Assembly: GCA_965229705.1 (NCBI GenBank)
Contig: OZ245922.1
Span: 450,001-482,000 of the forward strand
Length of the DNA: 32,000 nucleotides
Reading direction: 5' to 3'
Source: Candidatus Saccharimonadota bacterium
GTDB taxonomy: Bacteria > Patescibacteriota > Gracilibacteria > BD1-5 > UBA6164
Shown here: positions 11,501 to 23,616 of the stretch, piece by piece
How positions within the stretch are numbered: the first letter of the stretch is position 1
Layout: every line of letters starts with the position of its first letter
Notes under the pieces: model-generated
Database searches by the model: none
What the model was told of the DNA's origin: nothing
The model's input: the letters and a program-made list of their open reading frames with translations, nothing else
Translations under genes and position numbers: made by a program

Positions 11501-12625
11501 TTTTGTATTTCATGACGCATCTTTCTCTTGTTTTTGTACAATGATTGTTGCGCCTTGCTGAAAGTGTTCTATTCATGAAATATGATCTACAGACGAAAGC
11601 ATATCTTGCATCTCTCGAACACTTTGGATACTTTTTTCTGAGAGTCTTTCTTCTATTTTTTCTACTACAGTGTTGAGTTCTTTTTGAAATTTCTCAAAGA
11701 AAAAGTTTTTTTCAAATAACTTCTCCTGATCTTCTGCATTTTCAAAAATCCCCTTCGTAGAAACAAATACTTTTTTGTTATCTATCTCATCAATATAGTT
11801 ATCAATATGTATTCCATCAAGGTTCCTATCTCAAAAAGTATACTCTAAGAGTTGTCTCTTTACCTGACGAATAACAGATATATCCCATAGTTTCAATTGC
11901 AATATATCATCAAGTGAAATATCTGGCATACATGCTTCTATCACGCCTTGCTTTTCCTTTGTGGTGAGAATCTTTGACTCAAAAAATACCATAATATCCT
12001 CTAGTTCAAAGCGTTCTCTTCATCGCATTTTTCTGAGGTTATCTTGAAATGCTGTCTGCAAATGAGGTTCAAGCCTATCAAAGCGTTTCTCTATATCAAG
12101 ATCTTTTAAGGCCTTACTCACGAGCTTTCTTTTTGGCGTCTTTTTTTTGCAAGTGTTTGTGATATATGCTTCTCGTTTTTCTGATGACGCGCAAAGACTT
12201 TGGATATCTTTTTCTTTTGTGATGGCATTAATGCTTGGTGAAAGAGATTGATCATACTCATGAGGAGAGATATCGTATTCTTGGAGTATTGTTTTTCTCA
12301 GAGTCATTTTCTGAGACTCAATACCAACAAGATAGTGTCATATTTCTCTGTGTATATCCCGAGGAGAAAAAGTATCTTCATCTATAGAGGCACCCTGAAA
12401 TTCTGATTTTCACTGTTGAAAAGAGTGTATTTCTGCTATAAATTTTGCTGTCAATTTTGGAGCATTTCCTATTTCTTGAGCAAAGGACAATCTCTGATCG
12501 GTATTTTCGAGTTTTTTTCATACATATGCTCTCAAAAGACGCTGGTTTTTCTCCTGCGTTGTGAATTTTTTATTTGCTGATTCTGAAGATGTTTCACGCA
12601 TATTTCCAGTATTTACTCCTGTCAT
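8549..12625 (-). CDS. very large hypothetical protein (1358 aa), no recognisable domain
   Basis: Track fragments 12020..12307, 10961..11182, 9959..10159 and 9272..9622 are in one frame. I scanned all plus-strand triplets of that frame from 8549 to 12727 and found no tta/cta (no TAA/TAG). ATG at 12625; alternative ATGs at 12673, 12658 and 12601. TAA at 8551-8549. Dozens of TGA codons. Confidence 0.7.
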
Positions 12626-12727
12626 ATACTCTGATTTATAAAGTATTTGATATATCATACCAAAAAATAGCATAAAAATCAAAAAACTTCCTCTTTTTTT
12701 GCTTGTAAAAGGTTTGAGACTGATATA

Positions 12728-12766
12728 CTAGGGAAGCACGGAAAAATAAGATCCGTATTTCCCGAG
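12728..12766 (-). repeat. family B repeat, minimal copy (two terminal repeats, no core)
   Basis: The sequence is ctagggaagcacggaaaaataag + atccgtatttcccgag. These are the two terminal inverted repeats of the 14645-14792 element, placed back to back. Confidence 0.6.
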
Positions 12767-12807
12767 AAAAGAAAAATAGATACACATGTATATTCTGAAA
12801 CATTTTT

Positions 12808-14007
12808 ATGATTATTTTATGAGTCATCATCGCGTTTCTCGTTCTGAGTAGTATCATACTGATCCATGAATATGGACACTACATCAGCGCTCGAGTATTT
12901 TGAATGCATGTGGAAGAATTTTGACTTGGTATTCCTCCAAGAGCAAAGAAACTTTGGAAAAATTCTGAGGAAACACTCTTTACTCTCAACTGGATTCCTC
13001 TTGGTGGTTTTGTGAGAATTTATGGCCAAGACATGCCTCTGAAATCAGGAGAAAAAGAGACAAAAAAGAGTTTCTCTTCAAAAAATATTTTTCAAAAAAC
13101 TCTTGTTCTTCTTGCCGGATCATGTATGAATTTTCTACTTTGATGCTTGCTCTTATGGCTTATTTTTTCTTTTGGAGGAAAACCTATTGGGATAAACACT
13201 CTCATCGATATAGACTCCGAGAGTCTTCTCTTGCCAAGTCTTGAATACGCTGAAGAAATAGGTTTTGTGATTCGAGAGCCTGGAATACTGCTTTTTCCAC
13301 TCCCGCAATCTCTTGCAGAAGTATCAGGAATACTTCCTGGAGATATACTACTCACTATTGACACGATGAGTTTTCAAAGCCCTGAAGAGATCGTGAACTA
13401 TATATCTTCTCGCCCTGATCAAGAAGTCACTCTTCTCTTAGAAAGATCTCTCGAAAACGAGCAAACAAAAACTCTCACTCTCTCACTAACAACCTCTCCT
13501 GAGTGAAAAATATGAAGCGTTCTTGCTCCACGTATCTCTATTGATGAAGATTTTCACTATGACTTCACTTTTTCAGAGTCTTTTCTCGCTGCGATTCATG
13601 AGAGTTATGTGCATATCAAGCTTTCTCTTTCGGGGCTCACTCTTTTGTGAAAAAATATCTTTCATCCCGAAACACCAGAACAGAGACAGGAAGCCGTCCA
13701 GCAAGTAAGTGGTCCTATAGGCATCTTTGCTCTTATTAGTCGCTCTGTAGAACTTTGAATCTTATATATACTGAGTATTATGGCAGTACTCTCTGTGAGT
13801 ATCTGAGTCCTCAACCTCATACCCTTGCCTGCTCTTGATGGATGAAGAATCATTCTGTTGTATATTCGTAGTGGTGTTTCTGCGATTTTTGGAAAAGCAG
13901 CTCTTGGTTATATGGTAGAAAACTTTTTACACTTTCTCTTCTTTGTACTCATAATTGCATTATCTATTTTTATAGCGTATAATGACATCATAAAACTATT
14001 TTGATAA
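12808..14007 (+). CDS. rseP: RIP metalloprotease RseP (site-2 protease, M50 family)
   Basis: Translation: MIILGVIIAFLVLSSIILIHEYGHYISARVFG (HExxH in TM1), WIPLGGFVRI, PDZ-like GILPGDILLTID, NLIPLPALDGGRI. One frame checked throughout. It ends ...LFG then TAA 14005-14007. Confidence 0.9.
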
Positions 14008-14017
14008 AATATCATTC

Positions 14018-14605
14018 ATGAACAAAGAACTCATTGCTGATATAAAAAAATATGTAAACTATCTCACTCTTCCTCTTGAAGATCATTACTATCATCACTA
14101 TCATCATGCCTTGAGTGTCATGGAGCGCGCCGTATATCTCTGAACTATGGAATGATGCAACAGTCGCGAAATAGAACTCCTTGCTATCTCATCACTCTTT
14201 CACGATGTAGGTTTTGTTATTACCTACGAGGACAATGAATTATTTGGCGCGAAAATAGCACAAAACTATCTCCGAACGATTCTCTATCCTCCTGAAGATA
14301 TTGCAGTGATTGAAAAGATAATTCTCGCAACACACCCAAAAAAAGAACCAAGCAATCTTTTAGAAAAGATTATCAAAGATGCAGATATGGATAATCTTGG
14401 ACGAGATGATTTTTTTGATACTGGAGAAAAGTTGCGCCGAGAAAGGGAGTTGATCCAACATATCAAGATTCGTGATCCTGACTGGAGACACGCTTCTCTG
14501 GAACTCTTAGAATGACATAGTTTTTATACGGCAACCCAGAGAAAGGAGCGCTATGCTCAGTTACTAGAAAATACGAATATTCTCAAAAAAGAGCTCTGAG
14601 GATAG
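14018..14605 (+). CDS. HD-domain metal-dependent phosphohydrolase
   Basis: Motifs: ...HHYHHALSVMERAVYLG...SSLFHDVGF...KDADMDNLGR... 4 in-frame TGA. The stop is TAG 14603-14605. Confidence 0.75.
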
Positions 14606-14644
14606 CCCTCAAAGCTCTAAGCAACAAAAATCCTCCAATCCACT

Positions 14645-14792
14645 CTAGGGAAATACGGAAAACTTCGTATTTCATCGTCAAAGTGCAACATTGTCTTCAA
14701 ACTCGTACAATGAGTACGCTTATTTCAGCCAAGTTGCATTTTCCTTGAAATACTTGTTTTTACACACTTCCTATTTTTCCGTGCTTCCTTAG
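14645..14792 (+). repeat. family B structured intergenic repeat, full copy (MITE/REP-like)
   Basis: The terminal inverted repeats are ctagggaaatacggaaaa ... ttttccgtgcttccttag. An internal hairpin is gaaatacg-gaaaactt-cgtatttc. The core matches the reverse complement of 16657-16807, with exact runs cttcgtatttcatcgtcaaa and caacattgtcttcaaactcgta. Confidence 0.8.
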
Positions 14793-15251
14793 TATGCCTC
14801 TTATCCATTTTTTAAATCTATTTCGTTCTCATGAAAAATTTGTGAGAGAGTTTTCTATAAAGTTTCAGCTTCAAACACGATTAAGAAGGTCACTCATAGC
14901 TGATTGTGCTTCATGACTGAGATGTTTCTCAACAAACTTTTTATAAACATACGCAAATGCTTCTGCCGAATCTATGCATAATTTACGTATATTGTCTTCT
15001 TGTACAGAGATATCTCAAGATGCTCATAATGGTATCAAATATGACTTTTCACTCTCTTCTATAAAAAAAAGCTCTCCTTCTCTCATTTCAAAACGAGATT
15101 TTTTGCTCTGTTTCAAACTGTAGTTGATCGAATCAAATATCGTGTCAGTATACTCAGGATTACTTGGATCTGCTGACTCGTAAAGAAAGCCCAAAATCTC
15201 TGTAAAGCCATCGTTTCAAGGAGTCTCACTTACTGGAGTAACACCTCACAT
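14760..15251 (-). CDS. hypothetical protein (163 aa)
   Basis: ATG at 15251 (alternative at 15275) and TAA at 14762-14760. Open under table 25 and checked. Translation: MGGVTPVSETPGNDGFTEILGFLYESADPSNPEYTD... The last 10 codons (LRKHGKIGSV) are encoded by repeat B. Confidence 0.4.
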
Positions 15252-15299
15252 AGCTCTTTTTCTTACTCAATACATACAAAAAAAATTAAAAAATAAATA

Positions 15300-15328
15300 T
15301 TGACGCTTTTTGATTTTAGTTGATAAAT
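15300..15328 (+). promoter_or_regulatory. candidate sigma70-type promoter upstream of tgt
   Basis: TTGACG (15300-15305), a 17-nt spacer, then ATAAAT (15323-15328). It lies in an AT-rich divergent intergenic region about 120 nt upstream of the tgt ATG. Confidence 0.35.
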
Positions 15329-15449
15329 AATCAATTGCAAACTTTTTTTTGAAAAAAATAAAAAATACCACAATTTCAATATTTTCATATACTTAATTTG
15401 AGAAGAAGTTCTGACAAGAAAACTTGGAAAATATTTCATAAAACAATAT

Positions 15450-16604
<1,155 letters not shown>

Positions 16605-16656
16605 TTTTTTCTTAATGGATATACTTTCTATATATTCAGGAAGCTCTGAGAAATCC

Positions 16657-16807
16657 CTGAAAAAATCATGGAAAAATAAGAAATGTGCAAAAACAAGTAG
16701 TTCAAGGAAAAATCAACTTGTCTGAAATAAGCGTATCTCTTATACGAGTTTGAAGACAATGTTGGATTTTGACGATGAAATACGAAGTTTTTCCGCATTT
16801 CCTTAAG
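16657..16807 (-). repeat. family B structured intergenic repeat, full copy (inverted relative to 14645-14792)
   Basis: Its reverse complement reads cttaaggaaatgcggaaaaacttcgtatttcatcgtcaaaatccaacattgtcttcaaactcgta... and aligns along the whole 14645-14792 copy. The left boundary is approximate. Confidence 0.8.
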
Positions 16808-16875
16808 AAATATTTTTATAAGAAATAACAGTGGCAGAAATACTCTCACATACACTTTTAAAAAAAGGAGTTTGG

Positions 16876-18336
16876 ATGTACCTCTTCTCTTTTATCATTG
16901 CTCCTCTCTGATATATGACCAAGATTCTTATCTCTGGCGAGATAAGCGTCTCTGAGCTCGGAATACTTTATGGAGTTATCAGTCTCATCACGCTTCTTTC
17001 AGCATTCTCAGATCTGTGAGTATCTGAGTCACTCAAGCACTTTATCCCTCAATACAGACAAAAAAAAGAATTTCATCACATAAAAAGTATACTCTTCTAC
17101 AGTCTGATAATCCAAATGTTTTCTTGATGTGTCCTCGCATGATTCTTCTTTTTTTGAGCAGACTTTATCGCAGAAAAATATTTCACAACAGACGCAGCAA
17201 AAAGCATCTTGCGTATATTTTCTCTCTTCTTCATTGGGATAAATATTTTTCAGATGCTCAGCAGTTTTTTCCTTGCCTGTGAAAATACTCTGTATTTTAA
17301 ACTTTGTGAGTTTATTCGACATATGGGAATATTTCTTAGTGTTATTATCCTCATCTTTTGATGAAGTCCACAACTTTCTGACTTTGCGTGGAGCTGGATC
17401 ATATGACTTTATATAGCTATAGGATTTGCTCTGGTACTCTTTTTGTACTGATATGCCAGCTCTATATCGTCAGCAAAAATTCTTTGGTCAAAAAAACTCT
17501 GAAAAACATTCTTTTCTTATGCAGCACTAGTGTTTCTTTCTGTACAAGCTGGCGTGATTCTCAGTCAAATAGATATGCAAATGATTATTTTTCTTCTCAG
17601 CGTTGAGTCAGCTGGGTACTACTCTGTGTATTTGAGTCTGATTATGATTCCTTTTTTTATTATCACTCCTCTTTTTTCCCTTCTTCTCCCGACATTCTCT
17701 CGACTTTGGGGAAATAATCAGGAAGCATCTATCATGCATCTGAAAAGACAGCTCACAAATATATTTACGAATATTGCTCTGTTTTTCTCTCTTTTCTTCT
17801 TTATTTTTGCTCACGAGATTGCTTTTGTATTTTTTGGAGAAAGTTATATTTTTTCATGAGACATCCTTCGCTACTCTTGCCTCTTCCTCATATCTAATAT
17901 CTTATTGCAAATAAACTTTAACATTCTTTGATGAATGTGAAAAATACGATGTAAACTTTATATTACTCTTATAGCTTGCCTGTGAAACGCTTTTCTCAAT
18001 ATTATATTTTTATCTCTACTATGAGTTGCAGGTGCCGCACTCGCAACAGGTATCGGATGGGTGTGTATATGGATAATGTCTGAGAGATGCCTTCCTCAAA
18101 AATACCACATACTCAATCACTATAAAGACATTTTGTCTCTCAAAAGTATTTTTCTTCTTTTCTTTCTTACAACAATATCTTATGTGTTCGGAAAAGATAT
18201 TTGAGAAAATCTATGACGATCAGAGACATTTCTGATGCTGTGAATATATACATCAATATGGGCAACATTATTTCTTGTTGTCCATAAGAAATATGTTTTA
18301 AGAGTAAAGGAAATATGGTGAAAAAAAACTGTCTAA
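16876..18336 (+). CDS. multi-pass membrane protein, MOP-superfamily flippase-like (Wzx/MurJ/polysaccharide biosynthesis protein)
   Basis: AAGGAG at 16865-16870 precedes ATG 16876. The 486-aa product is strongly hydrophobic with many predicted TM segments, for example GILYGVISLITLLSAFSDLGVSESLKHFIP and AGYYSVYLSLIMIPFFIITPLFSLLLP. The frame was checked to TAA 18334-18336. The family call rests on overall resemblance only. Confidence 0.55.
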
Positions 18337-18363
18337 TACTTGTATCTTAAACTGTCTATTTTT

Positions 18364-18401
18364 AAAAAAAAATACTGTCAATATTGACAGTATTTTTTTT
18401 T
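18364..18401. terminator. bidirectional intrinsic terminator between convergent genes
   Basis: The sequence is A9-tactgtcaat/attgacagta-T9, a perfect palindrome flanked by A and T runs. It therefore reads as hairpin plus U-tract on both strands. It lies 28 nt after the flippase stop and 23 nt after the rsmA stop. Confidence 0.7.
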
Positions 18402-18423
18402 AGAATAAAGGTTTCTTAGGATT

Positions 18424-19224
18424 TTATATTTGTATTAAACTTATCCAGTCATTAATATGTAGTTCTTCTGCTCTGATGTTTTGACTCCATCATTTTTGAC
18501 AAAAAATCTTTTCTAAAATAGACACATTGTATCCTGAGTTTTGGAGATTTTTTATAAGTTTTTTTCGTGGAGCAGAAAATCATGCTTTGAGATATCATAA
18601 AAATACATCATCGTCAATTTCTTTATATGTATCATGTGTGGTAAAAACAACCACACTTGAATCTACTTTTGGAACAGGAAAAAATGCTGTAGGCGGAACA
18701 TATATTTTTTCTCGAGCAATAGCTTTTTTTTCTATCATGAGTGAGAGAAAGGAGTTGGTATTTTTCTTTGATTTGCATATTTTTTCTGCAACATCTTTTT
18801 GCATGAGTATACACATCTCTTCTGGCATATTTTTGCTCTCATAGAGAAATTTTCTCAGAATTGGTGAAGTAATATAGTATGGGATATTTGCTATAACGCT
18901 ATATTTCGAAAATTCTGGAACATACTTTAATACATCTTGCTGTAAAATATGTATATTTCAGCGTCAAAAATCTCCTCTGATATTTCTCTTTTGCAAAATA
19001 GATACCATATCCCTATCAAGTTCAATAAGCTCTAAATTTTGAGGTTTTTGGGAACTAATATATGAGCTAAGGGCTCAATATCAGGGTCATATCTCTATGA
19101 TATTTTTTCCTCATACATGCAAAAGTTGACTCATAGCCTCGAGAATATCTTCATCTTGCAAAAAATTTTGCCCAAGAGATTTCTTGGCAGAAATTCAAAA
19201 CTCATGTATGATTTGCTCTGACAT
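18424..19224 (-). CDS. rsmA: 16S rRNA (adenine1518/1519-N6)-dimethyltransferase RsmA/KsgA
   Basis: Translation: MSEQIIHEFGISAKKSLGQNFL...IIEIGPGYGALS...VIANIPYYITSPIL... ATG at 19224 and TAA at 18426-18424. The frame was checked. Confidence 0.88.
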
Positions 19225-19228
19225 GAAG

Positions 19229-19963
19229 CTACTGAAGTGGTCTTGGAGTATAATGCGTAATTCCCGACGAAAGCCTCTCACCATGACCAAGAATCTTCAT
19301 CATCTGATTTGCCAGTCAGGTAAATCTATCTGACTGCTGACGAGAATATGAACGAAAGCTATCTTCTATAAAACGACTTTTACTCTTATTTACATGAATA
19401 TAAGCCACCGAACGAAGAGCATTGAGCTTGTACTCTACGAGCCCTAAACACTCAGAACCTCCAGCACCACGAGCAATAAAGGTAGACGCTGTAGAACTTG
19501 GTACACCACCAACACTACACTCTGCACGCTTTAATAAGATACCTCAGTCACACAGAGCTCGGTACTCCCTGTAAAAACTCCCTTCTATTCACAAAGTCAT
19601 CTCAATATCATCAAGCGCCTGCAATGGATTATTGGCGTTTCATTCGACATCATCAGCAAGAGCTTGCGTCCACTCAAGAGCTCTTTGATCTATTTTTTGA
19701 AACTCTTCATCCAAAATTATCTGCCCAAGCATTAACTCAATATTTCCTGTCGCAGGACATATAAAATCGAGGCTTCTAACGCTTCCATTCTTATTTGCAA
19801 TGATACACTGTTCCAGCTTTGAACTATACGAGCAAGTTGGAGCAATATCTGGTATACTGGTATCAAGAGAAGCTGAAGTATAGTAAAAAACTCCTCAAAA
19901 AAAAAGTGAGCATATGAGTCAGATAGAACAGTATATGCGTTTATATGATATCGTTTTCAACAT
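19229..19963 (-). CDS. hypothetical secreted/membrane-anchored Cys-containing protein (244 aa)
   Basis: ATG at 19963 and TAG at 19231-19229. The N-terminus MLKTISYKRIYCSIGLICSLFFGGVFYYTSAS looks like a signal or anchor. The rest (...LDFICPATGNIELMLGQ...ECSVGGVPSS...) matches no family I recognise. The frame was checked. Confidence 0.5.
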
Positions 19964-20214
19964 ATTTTATTTTTTGTTTTGTAAAAACTCGATAGCCTGA
20001 ACCATACTTTTTCCAAAATGTTTGAGTCATATTCGAGCATATTTTTTTCCTTTCATACTGATTTTTCACCATATTTTTTTTCACTTTTTTGTGCGAGAAA
20101 GACCAAAAATAGAGGCAGCAGCTCAACCAATAATGATTCATGTGATAAGTTTATCCATTCATCTTGCTGACGAATTGACAGTTTTTTTACTTCGACGAAA
20201 TATCATAATATCTA

Positions 20215-20628
20215 TTATATATCTATCTTTTCTATTTGTATTTTGCTACTTTCTGTTCGAATCTTTGGAATGTGTATCACTAAAAGGTTATTTTCCATCA
20301 CTGCCTTAATAGCAGAAAAATCCATATTTTCTGGTAGCATCACTTTTCTGAGAAAGCCTCACCAAAAACATTCTTCATTTCTCAACTCCATCTCATACTC
20401 ATAAAACTCTTTTGGTTTTTTTCGTGTTCCTCGAATACTGAGCGTCGTTTCATGGACAGAGATATCTATCTCCTCGAGAGTGATACCCGCAATTGGAGCC
20501 AATACATAGATACTCTCAGCATTTTCTAACACATCAATTGCGAGATTTCATAACTCCTCATCTCACTCTTCTGAGTCATATTCGAGCAATGCTGAGTCTG
20601 TTTTTTTCCAAAAAGAGAGAAAAGACAT
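20215..20628 (-). CDS. Hsp20/alpha-crystallin family small heat-shock protein
   Basis: Translation: ...AIDVLENAESIYVLAPIAGITLEEIDISVHETTLSIRGTRKKP...FWGGFLRKVMLPENMDFSAIKAVMENNLLVIHIPK... ATG at 20628 and TAA at 20217-20215. Confidence 0.8.
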
Positions 20629-20689
20629 ATACGAAAAACAAGAAGTATTCACGAAAAATATACAAAAAAAACACAAAAACACAATTTTT

Positions 20690-21619
20690 TTACACTGCAA
20701 TTTTCTTGAGTAGCTCTCTCATATCTGCTTTTACAGGAGCAATGAAAGTATGAAGTTTTCATTGAAGTTCTATACAGAGCTCTTCTGCGTGAAGCATTTG
20801 TCTCTTGATATCGTACTGAATAAGCGCCTGTTTATTAAGCTCTGCATTTCCATATACAGCGTCTCAGAGTATTGGATATCATATACTTGCAAGGTGTACT
20901 CGTATTTGGTGTGTTCTTCATGTATGTAGGTCAATACGAAGAACCGTATATCTCTCGTCAATATATCAAAGTACTTCCCCAGAGCTAAGAGCTGCTTTTG
21001 GGTTAAGAGGATTTTTTACCGTCATTTTCGTGCTATCTTTTTGGTGTCTTCAGATATGAGAAGATATCTGAAACTTTTTTTCTGATAATATTCCTCACAC
21101 TATGGCAATATAATATTTTTTTACCTCTCTATTTTTGATTTTTTCTGCAATTTCTTTCATAGACCTGTCATTTTTGGCAGTAATAATCACTCAAGAAGTA
21201 TCTTTATCAAGCCTGTGAACAATTCCCGGACGCTCTTGACCAGATATGATCGGAAGCTCTTCGTTGCAATGATACATTAGGGCATTCACGAGAGTTCCTT
21301 TTTTGCCTTCGATTCATGGAGTTGGGTGTACGTTTATTCATGCATCTTTGTTAATGACGCATATATCTCTGTTTTCATAAATAATGTCCAGTGGAATATT
21401 TTGTGGAATAATATTAGACTGCGTCACTATCTCTTGTATGAAAAGTTCGTCCTGGCAGTGTATTTTCAGATTTTTTTTTATGATTTTTCCATTTACTTTC
21501 ACTGATCATGTATCTATAAGTTTTTGGATATAACTACGAGAAAGTTCTCAAAAAAGAGCTGACAGGTATATATCAACTCTTTGTGTTTTTTCTATAAAAA
21601 CTGAGAAAGAATAGTTCAT
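20690..21619 (-). CDS. rluD: RluA-family pseudouridine synthase (RluD-like)
   Basis: It has an S4-like N-terminus (RVDIYLS...SRSYIQKLI), [15 protein letters not shown] (catalytic Asp) and [21 protein letters not shown]. The frame was checked. The stop is TAA 20692-20690. Confidence 0.88.
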
Positions 21620-21640
21620 GTGTTTTGAGTAGGAAAAGTC

Positions 21641-22039
21641 TTACAGACCTAAGCTCTTTTTGATTTCTTCTTCTTTTTCTTTGTCTTGATCCTCTTTTGC
21701 TTTATTCTCAAGTTCTGATTTATACAAATCTCCAAGCTGAATCCATTCTGTTTGTTGTTTTACTAGGAGCTTTTTGATATCTTCTGGATGTTCTTTTGCA
21801 AGCTCACGAAACTTTTCTCTCTCTTCTGTAAATACCTTTGTCAGCTCATCAAACTGGAATTGTGAAAGTGTTGGAACAGCATCGACCACCCGTTTCTTCT
21901 CCATAGTATTGAGAGAAAGTGAATGTTTTAAGAGATCATGAAAAGCTGCAGGATCTACTTCTACTGCAGAAGAATGGAGTTTTAAGAGACTGAGTATAAT
22001 ACTATCAACCTCTGCTTCGCTCATTTGCGGTACTGTCAT
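21641..22039 (-). CDS. hypothetical protein (132 aa)
   Basis: The ORF is intact even in the standard code (no TGA). It has a Lys/Glu-rich C-terminus. No family recognised. Confidence 0.5.
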   Translation of the reverse strand: MTVPQMSEAEVDSIILSLLKLHSSAVEVDPAAFHDLLKHSLSLNTMEKKRVVDAVPTLSQFQFDELTKVFTEEREKFRELAKEHPEDIKKLLVKQQTEWIQLGDLYKSELENKAKEDQDKEKEEEIKKSLGL

Positions 22040-22047
22040 GGCAAAAT

Positions 22048-22075
22048 TTGATTACAAGTAAAAATTCTCTAAAAT
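22048..22075 (+). promoter_or_regulatory. candidate sigma70-type promoter upstream of the recO-like gene
   Basis: TTGATT (22048-22053), a 16-nt spacer, then TAAAAT (22070-22075). It lies about 47 nt upstream of ATG 22122. Confidence 0.3.
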
Positions 22076-22121
22076 TATATGCATTATTTATGAAACACAA
22101 TTTTTTTTCACTCCAGAAACA

Positions 22122-22709
22122 ATGAGTATATTTAGAACACAAGGAATTGTTTTAGAAAGCAAGAAGAGTCTGGATGGTGAGAGGTTTTATAAGATTTTTT
22201 TTCTTGATTACGGAACACTGCTTGTATCCAAAAAAAAACAAACTCAAGAGCGACCACTAGATATATGATATCTCATTAATTGTGAGATTAGCACAAAAAC
22301 TGGAAGAGATATTCATACTATTTGAGCTGTAAAAATACTGCGAGAGTTTCGCTGTCAGGAAAAAAGTTCATGAGAAATAATGCATTTTCTCGGTCTTATA
22401 GCTACCTTGAGTCAGGATATCATGATAGGAAGTCCTCAAAAAAATATCTTTGATCTTGTCTCACAGTTTCTCTCTCATAGTGATAATCATTCTCTACCAT
22501 ACATCATCCTCATACATCTGAAAATACATATGTTACTGTGAAATATATGAGACTCACATGAGAATATTCATGTGCAAAAAATCCTAAAGTTTATCTATCA
22601 GGAAAAAAAATGTGAAACTCTGCTTCGTTTATGAAATATTCCTCAGGAAAGTCTTGAGGTGCTCAAGAGACTTTGTTTAAGAAATCTCTGAGAAACAAAA
22701 ATTTTCTAA
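22122..22709 (+). CDS. recO: RecO-like DNA repair protein (short, 195 aa)
   Basis: The N-terminus MSIFRTQGIVLESKKSLDGERFYKIFFLDYGTLLVSKK resembles the RecO OB-fold start. The frame was checked. The stop TAA 22707-22709 lies inside repeat A copy 2. Confidence 0.45.
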
Positions 22710-22833
22710 TCCTCTTTGCCTCTATCGAGCCATCTCTAGAATATATAACCCTCCCCAACCCCTCCCTTGATAAGGGAGGGGAGAATAGATTCTTCTCCTT
22801 TACAAAAAGAGAGAAAAAATGAGTTTCTCAGAG
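22686..22833 (-). repeat. family A structured intergenic repeat, copy 2 (intact, with terminal inverted repeats)
   Basis: It has perfect 11-bp terminal inverted repeats ctctgagaaac (22686-22696) and gtttctcagag (22823-22833). A 10-bp perfect hairpin cccctccctt-gat-aagggagggg lies at 22759-22781. The C-rich tract ccctccccaacccctccc (22749-22766) is a G4 motif on the minus strand. Confidence 0.85.
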
Positions 22834-22839
22834 TCTCCT

Positions 22840-23547
22840 TTAATAGCCAATATTATCTCGAATCTGTTCGAGTAAACTCTTATCTGTATCAGAAATACTT
22901 TTTGGCATAAGCGCATCTATTTGTACTATAAGATTTCCTTTCTTCCCTGCCTCCGACTTTCCAAACTCTTTCACGCGAAACTTTGTTCCTGGTTTGGTTC
23001 CTGCAGGAATCTTGAGTTTCGCCTTTTGTCAGTACACTCAAGAGACTTCTATCTTGCAACCAAGTATGATATCGAAGACTGGAACCTCATAAGATTTTTC
23101 AAAATCGAGTGATACTGACTGTTTTGCTGTTTTTGAGCTTGTTTTGCCATTTCTTGTTCATCAAAAAGTACTTCACGAGCTATTTCAAAATATATCTCCA
23201 AAATCAAACTCTACACTTTGAGATCATCATCAGGAAAAACTTGAAAATATATCCTCAAAACCTCAAAAACCTTGAGATCATGATGCTCATCAAAAAGGAT
23301 TTCCTCTTGCTGATCAGCCAAAGGGATTTCCTCCAGTAGCACCAAATGTGTCATACTGTTTTCTCTTGGTATCGTCTGAAAGTGTTTGGTATGCTTCGTT
23401 TACTTCTTTAAACTTTTTTTCTGCAGCATTATCTCACTTATTCTTATCTGGATGGTACTTCATTGCTTGTTTTCGATAGGCTTTTTTTATCTCATCAGAT
23501 GAAGCTGATCTCGAAACTCAGAGTACATCATATAGATTTTTTGACAT
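22840..23547 (-). CDS. J-domain co-chaperone, DnaJ/CbpA type (no zinc-finger domain)
   Basis: Translation: [36 protein letters not shown] (HPD), a Gly/Phe-rich linker, then a C-terminal substrate-binding-like part. The frame was checked. 12 TGA codons fall in the G/F region. The stop is TAA 22842-22840. Confidence 0.85.
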
Positions 23548-23616
23548 AATTTAATTGACTTTTATTATTATATTTATATAAATTCTTTATTATACATCAT
23601 TAACTTCCTTCAGAAA

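Noticed and set aside
19941-20141. Minus-strand ORF 19941..20141 (66 aa) between hsp20 and the 244-aa gene.
   Set aside because: It overlaps the start of the better-supported 19229..19963 ORF in another frame. It is Lys/Cys/Trp-rich and shows no signal of conservation.
20232-20250. A tRNA T-arm-like string (ctgttcgaatctttgg).
   Set aside because: No acceptor, anticodon or D-arm can be folded around it, and it lies inside the hsp20 coding frame.
20023-20588. An exact 17-nt duplicate tgagtcatattcgagca at 20023-20039 (intergenic) and 20572-20588 (inside hsp20).
   Set aside because: It is real in the sequence but too short and isolated to interpret. It has no palindromic or positional logic I could tie to regulation.
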